DNA from: SAR324 cluster bacterium
Lineage (GTDB): Bacteria; SAR324; NAC60-12
Assembly: GCA_015232315.1 (NCBI GenBank)
Contig: JADFZZ010000003.1
Span: forward strand, 156,732 to 220,731
Direction: 5' to 3'
DNA: 64,000 nucleotides
Shown: positions 41,426 to 50,577 of the stretch, in pieces
How the letters are laid out: every line of letters starts with the position of its first letter
Numbering within the stretch: the stretch's first letter is position 1
Translations under genes and position numbers: made by a program
The notes under the pieces: generated by a model
Seen by the model: only the letters and a program-made list of their open reading frames with translations
Told to the model about the DNA's origin: nothing
The model's database searches: none

Positions 41426-43693
41426 ATGAAAAAACTGCCACTCATTTTGATCATTGACGATGAAACCGATATTTGGGATGTGATTTCGCACGCCCTCAAA
41501 CGGGAGTCTGTTGAGTTGATCTTCGCGAAAAACGGGAAGGAAGGCCTGGAACTTTTTTATGAACGGAAGCCCCTTGTGGTGCTTCTTGATCTGCGCATGC
41601 CTGTCATGAACGGAATGCGCTTTCTGGAAACGCTCCAACCCAAACATTCAGACCCTTATTCTGTGCTGGTTTTAACCGGTCATGGGGACGATGAAGAAGT
41701 AAAAATCTGTTACCAATCGGGCGTTCATGGATTTCTGCGTAAACCAATCAATGTGTTTGAACTTCGTGGACTGCTCCTGCAGACGATTGAACTGAAACAG
41801 GCACAGGTTGATTTAAAAAATCAGTTTGAACAACTCCGGCAACTCCAGCTTGAGAAAGATCAGGAATCGCATCGGTTAGCCGATGAACAAGACATTTCCG
41901 GTTTTTTCAGCTCTGTGTTTTATCTGTTTGTTCTGGCCAACCTGGAAGAACGGTCGGTGGATGAAATTCTCGAATCCGCTGAAGACTTTTTAAAAAATGA
42001 GATGAAGCTCGATGTCGTATTGATGCTGGACTCCGAAAAATCTAACAGTGTTTTTCAGGAAGGAGAACAGGAGCTTTTGCTAAGGGCTGTCATTTCCGGA
42101 GAATCCATCACTCGTCTGGAACAGGCCTTCATCTGCTATGTCCCGCCGTTGGCTGTTCTGGTGAGAGATCAAGTCAATATTGATCAGGATAAAATTCAGA
42201 CTTTCGTTTCAGCGGCCGCGTCACGACTGCTCTTCGCCATTGCGGAAGAAAACAAACGTATCATGAACAGAATCCTGGAAGAGGCCATTTTCATGGTCAA
42301 TTCCAGGGGGAAAATCGAGCCGGGTTTCAGTGATGTGTGTTTATCCATGTTTCAAATCAAAGATCGGGAGCAGTTTATTGAAATGCTTCCCGGTGAATTG
42401 TTGTTCGGGAAAAACGCTAAAGCGGAACAATTCTTTGAATGGCTTCAGTTATGTTATAACAGTTTTCTGGATTTTGATGATTTGGTGGCTGTTCAACCCT
42501 CTGAACTTCTTACTGAAGAGGGCAGATGCTTAAGTTTGAAAATGAGTCCGGTCTATAATAATGATCGACAACTGCATTTCATTTTGTTCAAATTGACTGA
42601 CATCACTGAACAAAAACTTCAACGTGCCAAAGTCACGGAAGAGGAAGAACACAATGCGATGATCATCAAAGTCGCCTCCGATCAGGAAGGCTTTCTCCAG
42701 TTACTGGATGAGGTGGAGATGTTATTTCTGGAAATTTACGGGGAATTGAGCCTGCCTGAGGAGGAACTCAATATCCAGAAACTGTTTCGCTATTTTCACA
42801 CTCTCAAAGGCGGAACAGCCAGTTACGGCATGAAACGTGTCGCCGCCGCGTTCCATGAACTTGAAAATCAACTGACCCTCTTTCAGGATTCCTTTCAGTC
42901 TATTGATCTAATATTCATTTCCCAAATGCTCAACAACACCAACGAAGTTCAGGCGCTTTACAACCAGACCCTGGAATACCTCAACGCCTTTATCCCTCAG
43001 GCTCCCGGCAAATCCCGCGAAAAAAACTATAAGGTTTCTGAATTAAAAGTTAAAAAGGTTGAAGAGGCCGCCGCCAGAATTCTGCCGATTCCCCTGTTAC
43101 AACCGATACTGATCGAAGTGGATCGTTTGCGGATGGAACCGATTGGCTCACGCTTCAAAAGACTGGTCTTCATGGTGGAAGAACTTTCCACCCGTTTCAA
43201 TAAACTGGTGGAAGTCAAACTTGTCGGGACAGACCTCGAAGTTCATATAGAGCCCCTGAGATACTTTTTGGGAACCCTGGTCCATTTGATCCGGAATTGT
43301 GTGGATCATGGGATTGAAGAACCGGAAACGAGAATCCGCAACGGTAAACCCGAAACCGGCACAATCACCATTAAAACCTTTAAAGAAGGAAATCTCTTAA
43401 AAATTTCGATTGCGGATGATGGAAAAGGGATTGATGTCAGAACCCTTGCGAGAATCGCTCTGGAAAAAAAGTTGATGAACGAAGAAGCCCTCGAAGCCGC
43501 CACAGAACAGGACTTGCTACAACTCATTTTCGCAGCTGGTTTTTCTACAAAAGAGGAAATTTCGGATATTTCCGGACGTGGTGTGGGAATGGGCGCCATC
43601 AAGAGCGCTGTGGAGGCTCTGCGAGGGTCCATCAGCATCATCAGCACGTTGGGCGAAGGAACAACCTTCGAAATTGCTATCCCCCATTTTTAA
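41426..43693 (+). CDS. REC - GAF/PAS-like - HPt - CheA-type ATPase kinase lacking a CheW-like domain
   Basis: 755 aa. REC (IIDDE, LLDLRMP, LTGHG, FLRKP). HPt motif FHTLKGGTASYG. CheA P4-type boxes HLIRNCVDHGIE, DDGKGID, GRGVGM, GEGTTFEIAIP. The protein ends 3 aa later. Confidence 0.85.
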   Translation: MKKLPLILIIDDETDIWDVISHALKRESVELIFAKNGKEGLELFYERKPLVVLLDLRMPVMNGMRFLETLQPKHSDPYSVLVLTGHGDDEEVKICYQSGVHGFLRKPINVFELRGLLLQTIELKQAQVDLKNQFEQLRQLQLEKDQESHRLADEQDISGFFSSVFYLFVLANLEERSVDEILESAEDFLKNEMKLDVVLMLDSEKSNSVFQEGEQELLLRAVISGESITRLEQAFICYVPPLAVLVRDQVNIDQDKIQTFVSAAASRLLFAIAEENKRIMNRILEEAIFMVNSRGKIEPGFSDVCLSMFQIKDREQFIEMLPGELLFGKNAKAEQFFEWLQLCYNSFLDFDDLVAVQPSELLTEEGRCLSLKMSPVYNNDRQLHFILFKLTDITEQKLQRAKVTEEEEHNAMIIKVASDQEGFLQLLDEVEMLFLEIYGELSLPEEELNIQKLFRYFHTLKGGTASYGMKRVAAAFHELENQLTLFQDSFQSIDLIFISQMLNNTNEVQALYNQTLEYLNAFIPQAPGKSREKNYKVSELKVKKVEEAAARILPIPLLQPILIEVDRLRMEPIGSRFKRLVFMVEELSTRFNKLVEVKLVGTDLEVHIEPLRYFLGTLVHLIRNCVDHGIEEPETRIRNGKPETGTITIKTFKEGNLLKISIADDGKGIDVRTLARIALEKKLMNEEALEAATEQDLLQLIFAAGFSTKEEISDISGRGVGMGAIKSAVEALRGSISIISTLGEGTTFEIAIPHF

Positions 43694-43703
43694 TCAGGAA
43701 AAG

Positions 43704-46031
43704 ATGGAACATCTGGAAAAACTGAAAATTCTGGTACTCGATGATGAAACCGATCTCTGGGAAACCATTCAGGATGCTTTGAAACGGGAACCTTATGAAT
43801 TACACTTTGCCAAAAATGGCAGGGAAGGGTTAGAGCGTTTTTATGAAGTGAAACCCATCGCTGTCCTGCTTGACTTACGCATGCCCGTCATGGACGGTTT
43901 CGCCTTTCTGGACAAGCTTCGTCCAAACCGGGAAGATCCGTATTTTGTTCTTGTCCTCTCGGGTCATGGGGATGATGACGATGTGAAAGCCGCTTATCAG
44001 TTGGGCGCGCAGGGATTCCTTCGCAAGCCGTTCAATGTGTTTGAACTCCGGGGAATCCTCAAACAAAATATTGACTTAAAACAAACGCAAAACCATTCAA
44101 AACAGGAATTACAGCGTCTCTATCAGGAACAATTACAGGAAGCCGCCCGCCTGAAAGCCGAGCAGGAAATATCGGCCTTTTTCAGTTCGGTGTTCTATTT
44201 TGTGCTGGAAAATCTCGAGGAGAGGTCCCCTGAAGAAATATTGGCCTCCATTGAAAGTTTCCTGCGGGATGAAATGCGTCTGGATGTCGCGGTAATTCTG
44301 GATTCCCGACAACAACTGAACAGCTTCAATACCGTGGAAAAAGAACTACTGCTCAATGCGGAAGCGGAAGGAGAACTGATTTTTCGGGAAGGCGGTTATC
44401 TCATCTGCCTGATACGCCCCCTGTATGTCCTGATCAGAAATCCGCCGGATGATTTCGACCAGGACAAACTCCACACCTTTGTTTCTACCGCGGCGTCACG
44501 CCTGGGTTTCGCGATTGCCCAGGACAGCAAACGGATCATGCATGAGGTGTTTGAAGAAGCCGTACTCTTGATCAACAGTCTCGGAGAGATTGAACCCGGC
44601 TTCACTGATATTTGTTTGAAGTTGTTCCATATTGCCGATAAGGCCACGTTTCTGCAAACAACACCGGGAACCCTGATGTATGGAAACACCCCTGACGCGG
44701 AACACTTTCAGGAATGGATTCGCTTATGTTTTGAGGGGGCGCTGGATTTTTCGGACATGCGTGCGTTGCAACCGACAGAAATGAAATCCCCGGACCACAA
44801 AATTCTGGAGATAGAGATGATCCCTATCCGTGATAAGGATCAGAGTTTGAAATTTATATTGATAAAATTTAAAGACGTCACCGCCTTGCGTGAACAGCAG
44901 GTTGAACTTGAACACCAGCAACATGTGCAGTTAGCAACCCTGAAAGTCATCAAAAATCGATCAGCATTCCTGAATTATTATCGCCTGGTGATGGATAGTT
45001 TTTCCAGTCAGGACGCAATCTTATCGGTTCCGCATACTGATCTGATTCGTTCGTTACATACCGCAAAAGGGATGTCAGGTGTCTTTTACCTGAAAGGCAT
45101 CCAGCAAAAATGTCATGATGCCGAAACCCTGTTAAAACTTGAACCGACACTTTCACCGGGAAGTTCTGTGATCGAATTGATCCAATCCATTGCTGACTGG
45201 CTTCAGGATTTCATCAACAAAGAGGTTTTACACTGGGTTCTGGGGGAAGATGACCGGTCCTTCACCGTTGACAAAAACTGGTTTTTACATATCCAGCGTC
45301 AGTTTCAGGTTCAAACGGATTTCACGCAGAACAGGGTTCAGCATCTTCTGCGGCAAATCACCTTCATCCCGTTGATATCTCTGTTCAAGCATTTTGAAAC
45401 GGTTCTGCAGGATTTGGCAGTGGCTCGGGGTAAAAGTCTGTACCCTCTCATGATCAATGACGATTCCGGCATTTTTGTACCACCGAAGGTATTGGATAAC
45501 TTAATAAACTCCATGAGTCATCTCTTTCGCAATGCGGTCGATCATGGCATAGAAACCACTGAGACCAGGACCATGCTGGATAAAAATGAAATGGGTCGTA
45601 TTGATCTTCATTTAGAAAGTGATGCGACTCACCTGATCATCCGGGTTTCAGATGATGGACAAGGCATTGATCAAAACAAACTGTTGAAGCATGCCGTCTC
45701 AAAAAACCTGATTTCGGCTGAAAAAGCCACAACGCTGAACAACGATGAAATCCGGCATCTGGTTTTTTGGGATGGCCTATCCACAAAAGAAGAAGTTGAT
45801 CTGGTGAGCGGTCGAGGTGTCGGGATGAGTGATGTGAGAGCCTCATGCAGGGAACTTGGCGGCACCATTGATTATCAAACCGGGATTGGTAAAGGAACCA
45901 TCTGGACCATCGCTCTGCCCCTGGAACGTATTTATGGCGAACTGGTTCCGCCTGAATACTATGCGTTGAACATTGTTGAATCTGTCCCTGAAAAGTCGGG
46001 GGTTGGTCCTGTTTTCTGTCACAAATTGTAG
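43704..46031 (+). CDS. REC - GAF/PAS-like - HPt - CheA-type ATPase kinase (paralogue of 41426-43693)
   Basis: ATG 43704 follows AGGAAAAG. 775 aa. Same REC signatures, HPt LHTAKGMSGVF, ATPase boxes HLFRNAVDHGIE, DDGQGID, GRGVGM, GKGTIWTIALP. No P5-like domain. Confidence 0.85.
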   Translation: MEHLEKLKILVLDDETDLWETIQDALKREPYELHFAKNGREGLERFYEVKPIAVLLDLRMPVMDGFAFLDKLRPNREDPYFVLVLSGHGDDDDVKAAYQLGAQGFLRKPFNVFELRGILKQNIDLKQTQNHSKQELQRLYQEQLQEAARLKAEQEISAFFSSVFYFVLENLEERSPEEILASIESFLRDEMRLDVAVILDSRQQLNSFNTVEKELLLNAEAEGELIFREGGYLICLIRPLYVLIRNPPDDFDQDKLHTFVSTAASRLGFAIAQDSKRIMHEVFEEAVLLINSLGEIEPGFTDICLKLFHIADKATFLQTTPGTLMYGNTPDAEHFQEWIRLCFEGALDFSDMRALQPTEMKSPDHKILEIEMIPIRDKDQSLKFILIKFKDVTALREQQVELEHQQHVQLATLKVIKNRSAFLNYYRLVMDSFSSQDAILSVPHTDLIRSLHTAKGMSGVFYLKGIQQKCHDAETLLKLEPTLSPGSSVIELIQSIADWLQDFINKEVLHWVLGEDDRSFTVDKNWFLHIQRQFQVQTDFTQNRVQHLLRQITFIPLISLFKHFETVLQDLAVARGKSLYPLMINDDSGIFVPPKVLDNLINSMSHLFRNAVDHGIETTETRTMLDKNEMGRIDLHLESDATHLIIRVSDDGQGIDQNKLLKHAVSKNLISAEKATTLNNDEIRHLVFWDGLSTKEEVDLVSGRGVGMSDVRASCRELGGTIDYQTGIGKGTIWTIALPLERIYGELVPPEYYALNIVESVPEKSGVGPVFCHKL

Positions 46032-46058
46032 GGGCGAACCTGTGTGTTCGAACTGATA

Positions 46059-46346
46059 CCAATGTCGTCAACTTAAGGCGTTCTTCGCCGTGGAATCCCC
46101 TTTTCAAAGGGGTCATGGGGGATTTAAAGCTCAGAATAACATCCCACTAACCCCCTTGAACCAAGGGGAATTGGTGCCAGCGCCTTCACAATGTCGTCAA
46201 CTTAAGGCGTTCTTCGCCGTGGAATCCCCCTTTTCAAAGGGGTCATGGGGGATTTAAAGCTCAGAATAACATCCCCCGCCCCAGCACCCTTAAACCAAGG
46301 GGGAATTGGTGCCAGCACCTTCACAGGGCTTAACTTAACAGACGTG
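46059..46346 (+). repeat. Two head-to-tail family-1 MITE copies (46059-46188 truncated, 46189-46346 complete)
   Basis: Both begin caatgtcgtcaacttaaggcgttcttcgccgtggaatcccc. Only the second has a right end, and it is of the other subtype (cttaacttaacagacgtg). Confidence 0.85.
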
Positions 46347-46628
46347 GACGAGACGTCAGGAACCAGAGTAGTGTTAAAAAACTTTTGATCGGGTACTTAC
46401 CATCCGGTTGACGCTAAGGAACATTCGAAAAATAAAACAGATAAATTCTCCGAACAATATTTCCTGTCGGGCACACGTAGAGACGCGCTATAGCACGTCT
46501 CTACAGACCAGAACAGGAGAGACTGGATTGGAAAATGTTTACAACTTATTCTTTTGCCGTTCCTAAAATCATAAGAACAACCCCGGGTGTACTGTCGGCG
46601 CAATCCGTTTCATTAAAAGGTTTCAAAC

Positions 46629-49508
46629 ATGCTGCATATAGGCATTATCGGTGGATCTCAAAAACAGATTGATACCTTACTGGCCATCCATAACACCAAT
46701 AAAGTCCCCTTTTTTTCCAGATCAAATGCTGTCATTTCCGTGATTGAAGCGGAGGAATCCGCAGAGGAATTGCTGATTGATGCATTGTTTTATGTGTCGC
46801 CAGTCAGTCATCTGGAACATGATTCAAAGCAGGCGAGAGCGTCCATGAAATGGATCCGGGGACTCCGGAACTACTCCTCTTATGGCGTCCGGAAAACGAT
46901 ACGAGGTTGTCACCATCTGTTGATCGGAGACATTCCACAGTATTTGAACCAGATCAAAAAAATGGATATAGATCTGTTTGTTCATTTTCAGGAGAACCCT
47001 GAATGGCAAATCGTCGACAGCATAGAACTCTTGTTCCATAAGAGGGACTTGATTGAAATGCCCGAGATCCATTCTGTGACAGATTCCTCCAAAAACACGC
47101 GTCAAGCCTCAACGAATGTCCGTATCCCTGTCAGTGAAATCGATACAGTCCGGTTTCAGGAAAACGGGGATAATGAGAAGGCGTCCTTGAACGAATCATC
47201 GCCCCGGTTTCATTCGGTGCGCCTGAAAGATCAGGAAGGAGCCCAAACGATTGCGGAACTGAAGGGTGTGGATATTCCGTTTCAAAATATCACCTCCCTG
47301 ACTTTCAAGCAAAAAGGCCAGGGCAGGATGTCCCTGCCCGTTGATTCAATCCAGGCCTTGAAATCCGGGAAACACAACGTTTGGGCGCTGGAATTATTCG
47401 AATTGTGGAAAATCCGGGAAAAAGTATGTGCTTCGGGGACATTTCAGTTACGTCTGGACGCGACAGCCTTCAAAGACCTGGTCATTGATGAGGCTTCCTA
47501 TCTGCCGATCAGATTGAATCATGCTCTTTCGCGGGTCAACCGCCGGTGTGAAGCGCAACAATGGGACAAGTACATGGAATTCCGGACCTTCAGTCTTCAG
47601 GAACGTCCTGTTTTGATCGCGCTTGACGCGGATTTGGCGGCCATCCTGGTGAAACAGATCGGGAACATCGGGTTCAAGGATGTACGGATCATTACCAATG
47701 ATGATGAACTCGGGCAGACACTGAATGAATGCCATCTCTTCAATGAAAATCAGGAGTTTTCAACCACAGTCAAGTTTCCTACCTTAATCACGACCCAGGC
47801 TCGACAAGCGCAGATTAAACAACAATATCCGGCAATCCAATGTTATGGAATTCCCGGGTTTGACCTCATTGATCCCAAAAATATCGGGCAAAACGCGGAA
47901 CGGGAACTTTTAAAAAATGAAGTCGAAAACAAGATTCAGAGTCTCCTGCAAGAGGCTGAAAACAACCCCTTGCAGACGTTTTACCTCAAAATCGTTCATC
48001 TGTTCATGATGTACCAGCTTGAGGAAAATACCACTGATATCATCGCCAAACTGCAGAAACAGACGGAACATTTTATTGGAAATTTATCCAGACTGTTTCA
48101 GGCGGAAGCCCGGAAAATTCAGGAACAGAAGAATCTAAAACTGAAAATAGAGGCTAAAATCAAAGAATTGAACGCGGAGATTACCAAATTAAACCTTGCG
48201 ATCACTGAGGCGGAACAAAAAATCAAAAAACTGGATGGAGCTTTGCAGCAAAAAAAGGCCCTGACGGATCAAATGGCTGAACAGGAACATACCGTGAATG
48301 ATCTCAAAGACCAAATCAGCGCGACAATCCTGGAACAGGAAAAACTGAAACTGGAAGTCGAGGCCGACCGTGCGGATCGTGAGCAAACTACTCTGCAACT
48401 GGAAGAACTTAAAAAAAAGTATGATGATTTGTTGTTCCAGCACGAAAAAAATAAAGTGATTTTCGGTACGCCGGAGCAGGTCGCAAGAATCAAAAAACAG
48501 ATTCAAAAATTCCCTGCACGGAAACAGTCGCTGGAGGACCAGATTGCGGCAACTCAAAATATGCTCGACACACTGTCTGTTGCGGTGAAGCAACTCAACG
48601 GAACACAAAATAAATGTGCTCAACTCGAAACGCGTCTGAAAAATGAGAAGCATACCCTGGAACAGTTATCCGAAAAAGTGGAAGTCACCATGGGAAAACA
48701 TGAACGGGCCTTGAAGGCGTTTCTGTTGCATCATGAGAAGGTTACAAGCCGTTTGAATCTGGTTCAGGAAGCCTTGAATAAACTGAACCTCCGCTATCAA
48801 AAACTCAGCACCGATCTGATGGGGCGTGAATCGGCCTACCAACAGGAAAAGAGCCATGCTGAGTCGTTTGGTCAAAAAATTCTGAACTGGATCAGAAATA
48901 TCGGGGACATCAGTGAACTGGGCGAAGGGCTTTCCACTCTGGGAAACGAGGCCGATGTGGGCTTGCGGGAAATTAAAGAACTGATTGAGATGATCAATAA
49001 ATTGATGACTCTGCGGAAAATTCAGGATGCCGACCAGTCCCTGGTAACAGATGTCATGGCGACCCTGGAGAAAAATTTCACTTTTTATCATTTGCCGCAA
49101 CTGGAACAACTGGAGGCTCCGCTCGTTTTTATCGGGGACAAGATGAATTATCCTGTTTTCACCAACAAGTTACTGTCCATGGTTCAGGCCAATGAACAAA
49201 AGGGCGTCACGTTGAACTGGGATCGGTTTGAACATACCAATGTCTCATTTTCCAAACAGATCATCCTGCTCGACCTTTCAGATCGGGCCGACGATGAAGA
49301 ACTTCATGCGAAAGTCGGTGAGTTTTGCATGCAACTGGCGTTGCAAAACTTTATGATCATCCTGTTACCTGATGAAGTTCTCTTTGACCCTAAATGGCAG
49401 GTCTTCAGAAGCATGTCACTCTGCCTTCCCGCAAAACATCTGGACACCTTTCTGGCACCGCCCTTGTTCCAATGGATGCAAAACATCCAAAAATGGAATG
49501 CGCTGTAG
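46629..49508 (+). CDS. Large coiled-coil protein, unknown function
   Basis: 959 aa. The central ~330 aa are heptad-rich (KIKELNAEITKLNLAITEAEQKIKKLDGALQQKK...). The globular N- and C-terminal parts have no recognisable catalytic motifs. Confidence 0.75.
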   Translation: MLHIGIIGGSQKQIDTLLAIHNTNKVPFFSRSNAVISVIEAEESAEELLIDALFYVSPVSHLEHDSKQARASMKWIRGLRNYSSYGVRKTIRGCHHLLIGDIPQYLNQIKKMDIDLFVHFQENPEWQIVDSIELLFHKRDLIEMPEIHSVTDSSKNTRQASTNVRIPVSEIDTVRFQENGDNEKASLNESSPRFHSVRLKDQEGAQTIAELKGVDIPFQNITSLTFKQKGQGRMSLPVDSIQALKSGKHNVWALELFELWKIREKVCASGTFQLRLDATAFKDLVIDEASYLPIRLNHALSRVNRRCEAQQWDKYMEFRTFSLQERPVLIALDADLAAILVKQIGNIGFKDVRIITNDDELGQTLNECHLFNENQEFSTTVKFPTLITTQARQAQIKQQYPAIQCYGIPGFDLIDPKNIGQNAERELLKNEVENKIQSLLQEAENNPLQTFYLKIVHLFMMYQLEENTTDIIAKLQKQTEHFIGNLSRLFQAEARKIQEQKNLKLKIEAKIKELNAEITKLNLAITEAEQKIKKLDGALQQKKALTDQMAEQEHTVNDLKDQISATILEQEKLKLEVEADRADREQTTLQLEELKKKYDDLLFQHEKNKVIFGTPEQVARIKKQIQKFPARKQSLEDQIAATQNMLDTLSVAVKQLNGTQNKCAQLETRLKNEKHTLEQLSEKVEVTMGKHERALKAFLLHHEKVTSRLNLVQEALNKLNLRYQKLSTDLMGRESAYQQEKSHAESFGQKILNWIRNIGDISELGEGLSTLGNEADVGLREIKELIEMINKLMTLRKIQDADQSLVTDVMATLEKNFTFYHLPQLEQLEAPLVFIGDKMNYPVFTNKLLSMVQANEQKGVTLNWDRFEHTNVSFSKQIILLDLSDRADDEELHAKVGEFCMQLALQNFMIILLPDEVLFDPKWQVFRSMSLCLPAKHLDTFLAPPLFQWMQNIQKWNAL

Positions 49509-49819
49509 ACCCCTCATTTTCCTCCATTGTAATTAATTTTTTTCCTCCCGGCTAAAATAGATTTTTTGGCATGGTCTTTGTTATATTCTGTCCTGAAGGT
49601 CAGATGTTGTCCTGAATCTCATATCCTGTATTGCTTTTATGCAATAAAACAGGTTATAGCTAACATGATGTGTTCCGGGTTTCTGATTCCCGATGTTTTG
49701 TAAAAACCTCATCGAACCAGTCCTGATCACATCACAAACGCAGGAGACAGACTCCACGTATTGAGCATTCTTCAACTGGAATGCGGAAATATTGAATAAC
49801 CTTTTGCAATAAAAACGAT

Positions 49820-50185
49820 ATGTCCAAGAAAGCTTTGGTAATGGATGATTCACCGATTATCCGGAAAATGTTGACACATGGCCTGACCCGTTCGTTTGGC
49901 TTTGAGGTCATTGAAGCCGAAAATGGTCAGGATGGATTGACAAAGACCTCCCAACACGAGTTTGATTTGATTTTTTCCGATATCAATATGCCGGTCATGA
50001 CGGGGGTAGAATTTCTTGAAAAGTTCCGTAGCACCAACACCACAACCCCGGTGTTCATGCTTACCTCGGAAAAAGAAGATGTTTACAAACAAAAATGTCT
50101 GGATTTAGGAGCAACCGATTTTTTCAAAAAGCCGTTCAAACCAAATACCATCGAAGCCGCGTTGAAACAACTTCTGGAGGGGTGA
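49820..50185 (+). CDS. cheY: Single-domain response regulator, CheY-like
   Basis: 121 aa. VMDDS, FSDINMP (acceptor Asp), MLTSE (Thr), FFKKP (Lys). Confidence 0.85.
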   Translation: MSKKALVMDDSPIIRKMLTHGLTRSFGFEVIEAENGQDGLTKTSQHEFDLIFSDINMPVMTGVEFLEKFRSTNTTTPVFMLTSEKEDVYKQKCLDLGATDFFKKPFKPNTIEAALKQLLEG

Positions 50186-50233
50186 TCAGGCTGATTCATC
50201 AATTGCCAGACTTCTGGTTCCCATGCTCTGCGT

Positions 50234-50388
50234 CAAGGCTGTTAAGTTAAGAAATTACCTGCGAGAAAATCCCCCTTTTCAAAGGGGGCATGGGGGATTT
50301 AACGCTCAGAGTTACATCCCCCTAACCCCCCTTAAACCAAGGGGGAATTGGTGCCAGTGACTTCACAGGGCTTAACTTAACAGACGTG
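50234..50388 (+). repeat. MITE-like element, family 1, flanked by an 11-bp direct repeat
   Basis: Termini are caaggctgttaagttaag / cttaacttaacagacgtg. ATGCTCTGCGT occurs at 50223-50233 and 50389-50399. Confidence 0.9.
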
Positions 50389-50414
50389 ATGCTCTGCGTG
50401 GGAACCTCCGGGGG

Positions 50415-50566
50415 CAATGTCGTCAACTTAAGGCGTTCTGCGCCGGGGAAGCCCTCTTTTCAAAGGGGGCTTGGAGGATTTAACGCTCAGAATTACATCC
50501 CCCTAACCCCCTTGAAACAAGGGGGAATTGAAACACAGCACCATTCAGAATGCTTAACTTCTAACA
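50415..50566 (+). repeat. MITE-like element, family 1, with a degenerate right end
   Basis: It starts caatgtcgtcaacttaaggcg, has a conserved core, and its right terminus is decayed (cttaacttctaacacc). It lies 26 bp after the previous copy. Confidence 0.8.
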
Positions 50567-50577
50567 CCTGAAAACAA

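Noticed and set aside
46059-50566. Possible CRISPR arrays at the clustered repeats (46059-46346 and 50234-50566)
   Set aside because: The repeat units are about 150 bp, internally palindromic, and have terminal inverted repeats and target duplications. There is no regular 25-40 bp repeat-spacer periodicity and no cas genes.
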